Shown here: positions 50,506 to 59,889 of the stretch, in pieces
How positions within the stretch are numbered: the first letter of the stretch is position 1
Layout of the letters: every line of letters starts with the position of its first letter
From: an uncultured bacterium
Lineage (GTDB): Bacteria; Verrucomicrobiota; Verrucomicrobiia; Limisphaerales; UBA8199
Assembly (NCBI GenBank): GCA_963749495.1
Contig: CAVVMW010000021.1
Location: 256,001-320,000, forward strand
Length of the DNA: 64,000 nucleotides
Direction: 5' to 3'
Position numbers and translations under genes: made by a program
Notes under the pieces: model-generated
Databases searched by the model: none
What the model was told of the DNA's origin: nothing
Seen by the model: the letters and a program-made list of their open reading frames with translations, nothing else

Positions 50506-51888
50506 ATGGCTACCCCAATCATCATGCCCAAGTTCGGGCAAATGACCGAAGAGAGCTCGATCGTCGAGTGGCTCAAGAAGGAGGGCGATGCGGTCGCCAA
50601 AGGTGACATCCTCTTCACCGTCGAAACCGACAAGTCGGTGATGGAGGTCGAAAGCTTCGAGCAAGGCACGCTGCTCAAGATCCTCGTGCCGCCTGGCAAG
50701 AGCGTTCCGGTCCAATGCACTGTCGCCTTTCTGGGCCAGCCCGGCGAGCCGATCCCGGCAGTGCCGGCGGTGAAAGGCCCCAGACCCCCCACCCCGACCC
50801 TCTCCCCTTCGGAAGGGGAGAGGGCGAAGCGCCGGCCGGCTCCGGAACTTTCAAGCGTCTCGGCTTCCTCAAGCCGCGAGCGAGAATTCTCCCTCTCCCC
50901 TTCGGAAGGGGTGAGGGGTCCGGCCGAGTACCCAGCGTTGCCGGCGCTGTTGCGCATCAGCCCGCGCGCCAGACAGTTGGCTGCGGAGTGCGTCATTGAC
51001 CCGGCGCGCATCCCAGGGTCCGGCCCCAACGGGCGTATCATCGAGCGAGACGTGAGGGCCTACCTGGAAGGCAGGGGTTATGGCCGGCTCCGGATTTCGC
51101 CTGCCGCCAAGGAGCTGGCGGCCCGGGAGAAGCTGGATCTCCTGGCCCTCACCGGCACCGGCGAGGCCGGGCGAATCGGGGTCGACAACGTCCAGCGCGC
51201 CTTGGCCGAGCGGCCCAGGCCCCTGAGCAAGATGCGGCAGGTCATCGCCCAGCGCCTCAGCCAGAGCGTCCTCACGGCCCCCCATTTCTTCGTCACCGTC
51301 GAGGTCAACCTGACGGGCCTGCTCGAGTTGCGCGCCCGGCTCAAAGAGCAAGGCGCCCCCTACACGGTCACCGACTTCATCTCGCAGGCGGTCGTGCTGG
51401 CCTTGAAGGAGTTCCCGGATGTTAACAGTTGGACCGACGGCAAGAGCGTCCGCTGGAACAGTCGGGTACACCTCGGCCTGGCGGTGTCGCTCGAACAGGG
51501 TCTGGTCGTCCCGGTAATCCGCAATGCGGACGAGTTGACCCTGCCCGAACTCAATGCCCGCTCGCGGGAACTGGCCGACAAGGCCCGCAAGGGCAAGCTC
51601 TCCCCGGACGAGATGAGCGGCAGCACCTTCACCATCTCGAACATGGGCATGCTCGATGTCGAGAACTTCACCGCCATTATCAACCCTGGCGAATCCGCCA
51701 TCCTCGCCGTCGCCAGCGCCCTCAGCAAACCGGTCGTGCGCGACGGCCGGGTCGTCGTCCGCTCGATCATGAAGATGACCATGTCGTCCGACCATCGCCT
51801 CATCAACGGCGTCCTGGCCGCGCGCTTCACCAATGCCGTCAAACAAAAGCTCGAGGACCTCGAAATATGGAAGCGGCTTGCGGCATAG
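50506..51888 (+). CDS. Dihydrolipoamide acyltransferase E2
   Basis: Lipoyl ETDKS, two E3-binding repeats, TFTISNMG, DHRLING. Confidence 0.95.
   Translation: MATPIIMPKFGQMTEESSIVEWLKKEGDAVAKGDILFTVETDKSVMEVESFEQGTLLKILVPPGKSVPVQCTVAFLGQPGEPIPAVPAVKGPRPPTPTLSPSEGERAKRRPAPELSSVSASSSREREFSLSPSEGVRGPAEYPALPALLRISPRARQLAAECVIDPARIPGSGPNGRIIERDVRAYLEGRGYGRLRISPAAKELAAREKLDLLALTGTGEAGRIGVDNVQRALAERPRPLSKMRQVIAQRLSQSVLTAPHFFVTVEVNLTGLLELRARLKEQGAPYTVTDFISQAVVLALKEFPDVNSWTDGKSVRWNSRVHLGLAVSLEQGLVVPVIRNADELTLPELNARSRELADKARKGKLSPDEMSGSTFTISNMGMLDVENFTAIINPGESAILAVASALSKPVVRDGRVVVRSIMKMTMSSDHRLINGVLAARFTNAVKQKLEDLEIWKRLAA
50783..50920. repeat. Family B element (138 bp) in frame inside the E2 gene
   Basis: GACCCCCCACCCC...GTGAGGGGTC; interior matches the 32702 copy; 12 bp shorter. 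Confidence 0.88.
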
Positions 51889-51922
51889 CCCTCACCCCTG
51901 CGTCATCGCCAAGCCCGCAAGG

Positions 51923-52000
51923 TTTTGGAGTGCGGCAGTCCTCTGCTGCTTTCTCGTCCCCACCCTCCAAAAAGCGGCAGAGGACTGCCGCACTCCAAAA
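51923..52000. repeat. Palindromic repeat family A, followed by (TCGTCAT)n tract to ~52095
   Basis: TTTTGGAGTGCGGCAG...CTGCCGCACTCCAAAA. Confidence 0.9.
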
Positions 52001-52100
52001 CGCTTCGCGAATCCGGCGGCGCGCCTCCACCGGGCACATTCCGTCATTCGTCATTCGTCATTCGTCATTCCGTATTCCGCCCTCCGCCCTCCGCACTTAA

Positions 52101-53327
52101 ATGATCGCCCCCTGCAGGACTTTCGTCGGCTTCGGTTTCGGCGCCATCCAGGCCGGGTTGTTTCTCTACGAGGCATCGCGGTCGGGCAGCTTCGGGCGGT
52201 TGGTCGTGGCGGAGGTTGTGCCCGAGGTGGTTGAGGCGGTGCGGCGGGCGGGGGGCTGCTACCGGGTCAACATCGCCACGCAATCCGGGATCGAGGTGCG
52301 GGAGGTGCGCGATGTCGAGATCTTCAACCCGCGCGTGGCTTCGGACGCCGAGGCACTGGCCGCCGCCCTGGCTGAGGCCTCCGAGGTCTGCACCGCCTTG
52401 CCGAGCGTCGAGTTCTACTCGATCGGGGAACCGTCCGTGGCCGGGCTCATTGGCCGGGGGATGGAGCGGAAGGCGGTCGGCAAGGCCCTGCCGCGATGCA
52501 TCGTTTATACCGCTGAAAACCACAATCACGCCGCCGAGATCCTGCAAGGGCTTTGCGAACAGGGCGTGGACCCAGCCGCGCGCGCGGCGGTCCGCCGGAC
52601 CGTGCAATACCTCAACACGGTCATCGGCAAGATGAGCGGGGTGGTGAGCGGGGCGGAGCCGATTCGGGCGGAGGGACTGGCCTGCCTGGCTGAGGGGTTT
52701 GAGCGTGCCTTCCTGGTCGAGGAGTTCAACCGCATCCTGATCAGTCGCATTGCCCTGCCGGACTTCCGGCGCGGCATCAAGGTCTTCATCGAGAAGCCCG
52801 ATCTCCTCCCCTTCGAGGAGGCCAAACTCTACGGACACAACGCTGTCCACGCCCTCATCGGTTACCTGGCCCGCCGCAACGGCTGCCGCTTTATGTCCGA
52901 GGCGGCCGGGGACCGGCGCCTGATGGCCCTGGCGCGGGAGGCCTTTGTTGCCGAATCTGGCCCTGCCCTGATCGCGCGGCACAAAGGACTGGACCCCCTC
53001 TTCACGCCGGCAGGTTACCGGGCCTACGGAGAAGACCTCCTGGCCCGCATGGCCAACCCTTATCTGCGCGACCGCACCGAGCGCGTCACACGCGACACGC
53101 GCCGCAAACTCGCCTGGGACGACCGCCTCATCGGCACGATGCGCCTGGCCCTGGACGCGGGCCTGACGCCCTGGCGCCTGGCCCTGGGCGCCGCAGCGGC
53201 CCTCGAGACCCTCCCTGTGGGCTGGGACGAACTCTGGCCGGTGCCTGACGCGCCCCCGGGACGCAAGATGCAGCTTATGGATTTGATCGCGCAGGCCCGA
53301 AAGAAACTGATCTCCGGTGATTGGTAA
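52101..53327 (+). CDS. Mannitol-1-phosphate 5-dehydrogenase-like (long-chain polyol dehydrogenase family)
   Basis: GFGAIQAG, AEN, KLYGHNAVHA, RMANPYLRD, RKLAWDDRLIG. Confidence 0.82.
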   Translation: MIAPCRTFVGFGFGAIQAGLFLYEASRSGSFGRLVVAEVVPEVVEAVRRAGGCYRVNIATQSGIEVREVRDVEIFNPRVASDAEALAAALAEASEVCTALPSVEFYSIGEPSVAGLIGRGMERKAVGKALPRCIVYTAENHNHAAEILQGLCEQGVDPAARAAVRRTVQYLNTVIGKMSGVVSGAEPIRAEGLACLAEGFERAFLVEEFNRILISRIALPDFRRGIKVFIEKPDLLPFEEAKLYGHNAVHALIGYLARRNGCRFMSEAAGDRRLMALAREAFVAESGPALIARHKGLDPLFTPAGYRAYGEDLLARMANPYLRDRTERVTRDTRRKLAWDDRLIGTMRLALDAGLTPWRLALGAAAALETLPVGWDELWPVPDAPPGRKMQLMDLIAQARKKLISGDW

Positions 53328-53390
53328 GTGAAAACGTCCGACGCGTCTGACCCGTCTGACGTGTTCTTGCTGAACAAAAGTGATCTAACT

Positions 53391-54785
53391 ATGGAAAACT
53401 TCGATCTCGCAGTCATTGGCGCGGGTCCGGGCGGCTACCCGGCGGCGATTCGCGCTGCCCAACTTGGGGCCTCCGTCGCCCTCATCGAGAGGGAACAACT
53501 GGGCGGCACCTGCCTGAACTGGGGGTGCATTCCCACCAAGGCCCTCATCGCCGCCGCCGGCACCGTCACCCAAATCAAACACGCGGCAGCGTTCGGCATC
53601 ACCGTCAATGGCCTCTCGGTGGATTATGCCGCGATGATCGGCCACAAGAACAAGGTGGTCGCCCAACTCCGCGGGGGCATCAAGAAACTCCTGTCCGCCA
53701 ACGGCGTGAAGCTCTTCACCGGGGCCGCCTCCTTCAAGGATCGCACTACGCTGGCCCTGGCGGGGGCCGCGCCCATCAGCGCCAAAAAGATTATCATCGC
53801 CACCGGGTCCACCTCCGCCATGCCCGGGTTCCTCCCCAGGCACCAACGCGTGGTCGAGAGCCGCGGCTTCCTGGACCTGGACCGCCTGCCCCGGACGCTG
53901 CTGGTCCTGGGCGGGGGGTTTATCGGATGCGAACTGGCCTGCATGGCGGCCGCGCTCGGCGTCCGGGTCACGTTGGTCGAACTGCTCGAAGATATTCTCC
54001 TGTTGTTGGACCTGGATGTCCGGCGCGAAGTGCGCGGGGTCCTGGAGAAGAGCCTGGGCATCCGCGTGCTCACCGGCAAGGCCCTCGAAAAAATCGCCGC
54101 TGATGCCGCCGGCGTGCGCGGCAGCTTCGGTGATGAAATGCTCGAAGCCGACCTGCTGCTCAGCGCCGTGGGCCGCAAGCCGGTCACCGACGGGTTGGGT
54201 CTGGAGAACGCCGGGCTTGCGCCCAGCCCGCTCGGCTTCATCGAGACTGACGATTACTGCCGCACGCAGGCCGCCACGATCTACGCCATCGGCAACGTGA
54301 CCGGCAAGACCCAGCTCGCCCATTTCGCCACCGCGCAGGGAATCACCGCGGCGGAAAACGCCGTCGGCCCCAAACCCGCCAGGCACGAGACCCTGGTGCC
54401 CAACGTCATCTTCACCTCGCCCGAGATCGGCACTGTCGGCCTCAGTGAGGAGGACGCCAGGAAAGCCAACCGCCCCGTCCAGACCGGCAAGTTCCGCTTT
54501 GCCAGTTTGGGCAAGGCCCTGGCCGTCGGCGAAACCGCCGGCTTTGTGAAGTGGATAGCCGATGCCGCCACGGGCCAATTGCTGGGCGCGGCCGTCGTCG
54601 GTCCGCACGCAACCGAGCTGATAGCCGAAGCCGCCGCCGCTATCCGCGCCGAACTCACCGCCCGCGAACTGGGCCGCACCATCCACGCCCACCCCACCTT
54701 CAGCGAGGCCTGGATGGAGGCCGCCCACGTTCTCCATGGCCAGGCCATCCACGCCCCGCCCAAACGCGTCAGGGCAGCGGTGTAG
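53391..54785 (+). CDS. lpdA: Dihydrolipoyl dehydrogenase E3
   Basis: GAGPGGY, GGTCLNWGCIPTK, GGGFIG, HAHPTFSE. Confidence 0.96.
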   Translation: MENFDLAVIGAGPGGYPAAIRAAQLGASVALIEREQLGGTCLNWGCIPTKALIAAAGTVTQIKHAAAFGITVNGLSVDYAAMIGHKNKVVAQLRGGIKKLLSANGVKLFTGAASFKDRTTLALAGAAPISAKKIIIATGSTSAMPGFLPRHQRVVESRGFLDLDRLPRTLLVLGGGFIGCELACMAAALGVRVTLVELLEDILLLLDLDVRREVRGVLEKSLGIRVLTGKALEKIAADAAGVRGSFGDEMLEADLLLSAVGRKPVTDGLGLENAGLAPSPLGFIETDDYCRTQAATIYAIGNVTGKTQLAHFATAQGITAAENAVGPKPARHETLVPNVIFTSPEIGTVGLSEEDARKANRPVQTGKFRFASLGKALAVGETAGFVKWIADAATGQLLGAAVVGPHATELIAEAAAAIRAELTARELGRTIHAHPTFSEAWMEAAHVLHGQAIHAPPKRVRAAV

Positions 54786-54829
54786 GATCGGGATTGATGT
54801 TCCTTGCCATTGCTCCTATTGTTCCGTGT

Positions 54830-55198
54830 ATGAAGACGCGCAGAAACGGCCCCTTGCAATGCCTGTCGAAGCGGGTTGAATTGGGCCAGTTCATTGTCGC
54901 CGATCCGGCGATCTGTCATGGCCGACTCACGTTCAAGGGTACGCGGGTCTTCGTGGCGGACGTACTGACCGACGTGGAACGGGGGCTGTCCTGGGACTTT
55001 ATCGTGCAGCGCTGGGGCGGCGGCAAGATCAGCAAAGCCGCGGTCGCTGAGGCTGTCCGTCTGGCGCGGACTGCGTTGCTGAGACAAGACGGGGCCACGG
55101 CCGCACGCGTAGTGCCAGGAAACACCGAGATGCCCTCCAACAGGTCGGCTGGACCGCGGTTTAGTCGCGGAACCCAACTTAGTTCCTTGAGCCGATGA
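54830..55198 (+). CDS. DUF433 protein (antitoxin-like), orphan
   Basis: [25 protein letters not shown]; promoter TTGATG-17-TATTGT 7 nt before ATG. Confidence 0.85.
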   Translation: MKTRRNGPLQCLSKRVELGQFIVADPAICHGRLTFKGTRVFVADVLTDVERGLSWDFIVQRWGGGKISKAAVAEAVRLARTALLRQDGATAARVVPGNTEMPSNRSAGPRFSRGTQLSSLSR

Positions 55199-55721
55199 TG
55201 TTCGCGACTGCGCCCTCGTGGGCCTCGAGGGCCGCTTTGCCGAAGCAGACCAGCACCACTTTTTGCGGGAGGTTGTTCGCTTCCAGAAAGGTCTTGATCT
55301 CATTCACCGCGATACGCGCGGCACGGTCCATCGGAAAGCCGTAAGCCCCGGTGCTGATGGAAGGAAAGGCTATCGAGCGGAGGCCACGTTGCGAGGCCAG
55401 GGCGAGGCTGTTGCGGTAACAACTCGCCAGCAACTCGTCCTCGCGATGGTTGCCGTCGCGCCAGACGGGTCCGACGGTGTGAATGACCCACCGGGCGGGG
55501 AGGCGATAGCCGCCGGTGATCTTGGCCTGGCCCGTCGCGCAGCCCTTGAGCGCACGGCATTCCTCGAGCAACTCCGGCCCGGCGGCGCGATGAATCGCCC
55601 CGTCCACGCCGCCGCCGCCCAGCAGGCTCGAGTTGGCCGCATTGACGATGGCGTCCACCGCCTGCCGCGTGATGTCCCCTTCGAGGACCGTGATTCTGCT
55701 TTCGAGATTCCGGTTGTTCAT
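55179..55721 (-). CDS. ymdB: Macro-domain O-acetyl-ADP-ribose deacetylase
   Basis: [34 protein letters not shown]. Confidence 0.93.
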   Translation of the reverse strand: MNNRNLESRITVLEGDITRQAVDAIVNAANSSLLGGGGVDGAIHRAAGPELLEECRALKGCATGQAKITGGYRLPARWVIHTVGPVWRDGNHREDELLASCYRNSLALASQRGLRSIAFPSISTGAYGFPMDRAARIAVNEIKTFLEANNLPQKVVLVCFGKAALEAHEGAVANIIGSRN

Positions 55722-57163
55722 CGGCCCTTGGTTGGCGGCTCAGCGGCGCGGAATTCGGTCCACGGCTGGGCCGGACGGCTCTTGAGGATGTCGCGCATCC
55801 AATCAAATTGGGGATGAGCGGTGAGGAATTGGCGGGCATCGAAGGTGCGGCCGCAGGCGCTGCCCCATCTTGCCGCAAAGCTCATCGTCCGGGCCATGGG
55901 GGCATCCACCACCTTGGCGTCCACCGTCCCGGCGCATTCGTAAGGAATGCCGGGCCAGGGGCCGGCTCCGGCTCCAACTCGAAATGGCCGCAGAGGCTGC
56001 GGCCGCCGGCGCGGGTCTTCTGCAGCCAGGCGTCGAAGTGGTCGGCCTCGAACTCTTTGGCCAGGGGCACGTCTATGCGGCCGGCGTACTGCTTCATGAG
56101 TTGTTTCCATCGCACCCGGCGGGCCACGCAGGAATCCCGGATGTCGGTGTCCTTGGCGTTGGTCTCGAAGCGGAGCAGCTTGAGGTCTTCGGCCACGTTC
56201 GAGCCGGTGAAGCAGCCGTCGCGCTTTTTCTCGAAGGCAACCACTTTGAGTCCCAGTTCGAGCCGGGCGATTTCGCGCGTATTGATGTCGCCCAAGAGCC
56301 AGGCGTTGGCATAGCCGCCGTTGTTGCCGCGCCGCATGGCGGCGCACCATTCCTCGATCGAGGCGGCGTCCTGAGTGGCCCGGCGCATTCGCACGAACTC
56401 CGGGACCGCATTGCTCTCGAACCCCTCGAAGGCCCCGATGGTGGTCTCGGCGCCGACCAGGCCGGCGTCCGTGATGAAGAAATCGGTGCCGCTGTGAATC
56501 CAGCCCGGCTGGGTCTGCCAGAGGATGCGATGCCCATGCTCCGGGACAATGTCCGCCACGACGTTCGGGAGCGCCCCTTCATAGTCCATCATCGTGTTAT
56601 GACCCAGGACCACGTTGCCGTCGCGCGTCATGCTCCCGGTGGCGATGAAGGCGCTGCACGATTGGCGCACCGCCGGGGCCGGGAGCGGACCGTCCTTGAA
56701 CTTCCTCAACTCGATCGGCCACCAATACTCGGAGAGACTCGATGAAGCCGTTGTATGAGATCAACTCGCCGCGCGTTGCCGAAAGCCCCGCGGCCTTGAC
56801 GCCGTCGACGATGCCCTCCATCTCCGCCAGGTCCTCAGCATCAATGCGAGGGGTGAACATCCGCTCCGCCTGTTCGACCAGCCACGGCCAGGGCATGGCG
56901 CTCTCGTGCTCCCAGTAAATGCGCGTCGCGCGCAGCCCCTGATCAATCTCCGCCGCCAGGAGGTACCCGTGCTGAAAGCCGCGTTGCTTGGGCCCGCCTT
57001 CCAAGTGCAGGCCGATCCACCCGTGGCGCTCGAAACGCCGCCCCCTGGCCAGGCATTGCTGCTGTTCGCTGGAGAGCGGGGCCGCCGCTTCCAGGTGGAG
57101 GCAGACCAGCGCGACCGCGCAAAGGGCAAGCCCTCGCGCGCGTGACTTCAAGATCCAGATCAT
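55718..57163 (-). CDS. Ntn-hydrolase (peptidase C45 / phospholipase B-like), secreted; frameshifts near 56735 and 55945
   Basis: Signal peptide, RGFQHGYLL, autocleavage [18 protein letters not shown]. Confidence 0.82.
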
Positions 57164-57196
57164 GTCCTCAATAAAGCAGGGAACAACAGCTTTGCA

Positions 57197-57268
57197 ATGA
57201 CGAATGACGAATGACGAATGACGAATGACGAAACCGCCCGGCCGCATTCGTCATTCGTCATTCGTCAT
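57197..57268. repeat. Inverted heptamer arrays (ATGACGA)n / (TCGTCAT)n
   Basis: Five units, spacer, three reverse-complement units, between tandem genes. Confidence 0.9.
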
Positions 57269-58329
57269 CGTCGCACCGGCGGCAAACCGGCGGCCCAGGC
57301 GGTGGCGCGGCGGAACAACTCCTGCACGGCAGGCACGCTCAGCGCCGCGGCATTATGCCCCAGGGGACACTGGAAGCTCCGTCCCTTGCCGCAGTTGGCC
57401 GTGAATGCCATGGGGTAGTACTTGCCGTCCACCTTCGATTTTGCCTGGGCCAGCACTTCGATCGGCACGTCGCCCGTCAGGCAGGTATAGAGCTCGTCCT
57501 CCGTCTCGAAGTCGCTCATGCCCTGCACCAGGGGATGGTCCGGTTTGACGATTTCGACCTTGAACCTCCCAAAGGGGTCGTGCTGGCGGACATTCTCGCC
57601 TGCCCACACGCGCCCGGCGACCTGGACAAACCCCGGCCACTCGTCGTGCCAGGCGCCGCAAGCGAAATGCAGCAGCACCACCCCTTTGCCGCCCTCGACG
57701 AACTGGCGGAGGTTGTCGCGGGCCTGCGGGCCGGGACCCGGCTGCTGCCAGGTCTGGAAGTGCAGGATGACGACGTCGTAGCGGGCCAGGGCCGAGGAGT
57801 CCAGAAAGTGCGGGTCCTCGACCGTGAAGACCTCGAGGCGGGGGTCCTGGCGCAGGGCTTGGGCGAGGACCGGCGCCGTTTGGCGCCAGAGGTGGCCCGG
57901 ATAATCGATCCCCGTCACCAGCAGCACGCGCGCCTTCATGGCCGTCGCGGCGGGTGTGGCCGCGGGCGGTTCGGCGGCCCAGGATGCCAGGCCGCAGCCC
58001 ACAAACAACAGCACCAGGGCCGCCGCAAACCGGCGGGCGAATGGGTGGGCGGGGGCGATTGGAGGCCGATTAAAACTGTCGGTCAGCCCGCGACGCCTTC
58101 CTGCCCCGGAGGGGCTTCCGAGAATAGCCCGGCGTTTCAACGCCGGGTGAGCGGACCCAAGGAGCCGGTCAGTCCCGAAGGGACGGCTGAAGGCAAGGAA
58201 TGTTCTCAGTCGTCCCTTCGGGACGAGGGTCCCTCTTGTGGCCTCCCCGGCGTTGAAACGCCGGGCTATTGTCAGGTGTCCCTTCGGGACAAAACCCCGG
58301 AGGCGTATGGTGGACGCTTGCAATCGCAC
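57265..58329 (-). CDS. ThuA-domain protein (start uncertain)
   Basis: GIDYPGH, FVEGGKGVVLLH, HP, DELY, GKGR, LGH. The only start upstream of the signal-like segment is GTG 58329, beyond a repeat. Confidence 0.8.
   Translation of the reverse strand: MRLQASTIRLRGFVPKGHLTIARRFNAGEATRGTLVPKGRLRTFLAFSRPFGTDRLLGSAHPALKRRAILGSPSGAGRRRGLTDSFNRPPIAPAHPFARRFAAALVLLFVGCGLASWAAEPPAATPAATAMKARVLLVTGIDYPGHLWRQTAPVLAQALRQDPRLEVFTVEDPHFLDSSALARYDVVILHFQTWQQPGPGPQARDNLRQFVEGGKGVVLLHFACGAWHDEWPGFVQVAGRVWAGENVRQHDPFGRFKVEIVKPDHPLVQGMSDFETEDELYTCLTGDVPIEVLAQAKSKVDGKYYPMAFTANCGKGRSFQCPLGHNAAALSVPAVQELFRRATAWAAGLPPVRR
58103..58290. repeat. Multi-palindrome element (AATAGCCCGGCGTTTCAACGCCGGG / GTCCCGAAGGGAC)
   Basis: Nested inverted repeats. 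Confidence 0.85.
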
Positions 58330-58452
58330 CCGCGAGGTTACACGCGTTTGACGCTCGAACCGAGCGCAGCAGTCAGGCTGCAGGTACCTGTTTCTTTATC
58401 TGTCGTCATAGCAGAGGTTTCGTTATGTGTTCAAAGCTCGATAACCGCGAGG

Positions 58453-58530
58453 TTTTGGACTGCGGCAGTCCTCTGCCGCTTTCTCGTCCCCAGGATCCAA
58501 AAAGCGGCAGAGGACTGCCGCAGTCCAAAA
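58453..58530. repeat. Palindromic repeat family A
   Basis: 78-bp palindrome. Confidence 0.9.
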
Positions 58531-58557
58531 CGCTTCGCGCCGAGCGGCGCCTGTTGT

Positions 58558-59889
58558 CTAAATCAGCACCGTCCTGCCGGGGATCAGCGTCGGGTAGCTG
58601 CCGTTGGGGCCGGGCACGGTCGGAGGTTCCATGTCGTCGCGGCAATCCTCGGGCTTGGGCGGGTAGAAGAAGTCCGAGTCGTTGACCTTCTCCCAGGTGA
58701 CCTCCTTGCCGGTGTAGCAGGAGATCTGGCCCATGACGCCGATCATTGTGCTGCGGGCCATGTAGTCGCCGCAGTTGATGGGGTCGCCCGAGCGGATGGC
58801 GGAAAAGAGCTTGTCGTGTTCGATCTGGTAGGGGTCGCAGGAGCCCGTCCAGCGCCAGGTGGTCTCGCCCTTGATCCAGCAGGACATGACGGAGGCCTTC
58901 CCCTTGCTCCCGAAGACCAGGCTCGAACCCTCGTCGTAGCACCCGGCGGTCGTGCGCGTAAAGGCATAGACCCGCACGCCATTCTCGAATTCGTACACGA
59001 CCGAATGGTGGTCGAAGACATCGCCATAGATGGGCTCGACCATCGAGGAGCGCCCGCCCAGCCCGTGGCACGTGACCGGCGCCTTGTTGCCCAGCACCCA
59101 GCTCGCCCGATCCATGTTGTGTACCAGCGACTGCGGCACGTCATCGCCCGAGAGCCAGTAGAAATGGTATTGCGTGCTGCACTGCCATTGCAGCTCCGTC
59201 ATATCCGGCTTGCGTTCCGTCACCACGTAAGGCGCCCGCAGGAAGTTCTCCTCGATGGTGACCACGTCGCCGATGGCGCCGTCGTGGATGCGTTTGACGG
59301 TCTCGGCGTAGCCCTCGTGGAACCGGCTCTGCAGGCCCGAGACGACGGAGAGCTTCTTCTCCCTGGCCAAATCGCAGGCCTGCCGCAGCAGCTTGAGGCC
59401 GCGCGGGTCGATGCCGTGGGGTTTCTCGACAAAGACGTGTTTGCCCGCCTGGATGGCGGACATGGTGTGGAAGGGATGGAACTTCGCGGCGTTGGCAATC
59501 AGGACCACGTCCGAGGCCTCGATGACGTGCTTATAGCCCTGGAAGCCGGTGAAGCAGTGGTCGTCATCGACGGCCACCTGCTCGCCCTTGGCGGCCTTGA
59601 TGGTGGCCCGGCTGGCCTCGACGCGGTCACGGAAGATGTCGCACATGGCCACCAGGCGGGCGCCTTTGTCCGCAGTCAGGGCCTGGCCCGCCGCGCCCGT
59701 GCAACGCCCGCCGCACCCGATCATGCCCACCTTGATGATGTCGCTGCCGGCCGCGTGGGCGCTGCGGGCCAGGTCGAGCGTGCCCGCGGCCGTGGCCGAG
59801 GCGGCCATAGCCGAGGTCTTCAAAAAGTCCCGGCGCGTGAGTGTCTGGGAAGGAGGAGTTTGGTTTTTCATTATCGGTTTGTGGATCAA
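58558..59889 (-). CDS. Gfo/Idh/MocA oxidoreductase, Tat signal
   Basis: TRRDFLK, IGCGGR, GKHVFVEKP, HNMD. Confidence 0.92.
   Translation of the reverse strand: MIHKPIMKNQTPPSQTLTRRDFLKTSAMAASATAAGTLDLARSAHAAGSDIIKVGMIGCGGRCTGAAGQALTADKGARLVAMCDIFRDRVEASRATIKAAKGEQVAVDDDHCFTGFQGYKHVIEASDVVLIANAAKFHPFHTMSAIQAGKHVFVEKPHGIDPRGLKLLRQACDLAREKKLSVVSGLQSRFHEGYAETVKRIHDGAIGDVVTIEENFLRAPYVVTERKPDMTELQWQCSTQYHFYWLSGDDVPQSLVHNMDRASWVLGNKAPVTCHGLGGRSSMVEPIYGDVFDHHSVVYEFENGVRVYAFTRTTAGCYDEGSSLVFGSKGKASVMSCWIKGETTWRWTGSCDPYQIEHDKLFSAIRSGDPINCGDYMARSTMIGVMGQISCYTGKEVTWEKVNDSDFFYPPKPEDCRDDMEPPTVPGPNGSYPTLIPGRTVLI

Noticed and set aside
51790..51810. E2 DHRLING as an inactivating change
   Set aside because: Asn occurs naturally at this position in some E2 enzymes (e.g. 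Azotobacter E2p) and may also be the GA>AA artefact.
2136..54296. Alternative genetic code (AAC read as Asp)
   Set aside because: AAC encodes conserved Asn in the same genes, and the anomaly is confined to plus-strand genes.
2891..57163. About 15 frameshifts as pseudogenes or programmed frameshifting (GTs, ROK, larC, prmA, integrase, sugar porter, DHH, galM, C45)
   Set aside because: Scattered small indels in otherwise intact genes, with no premature in-frame stops or shared slippery motif; best explained by long-read error.
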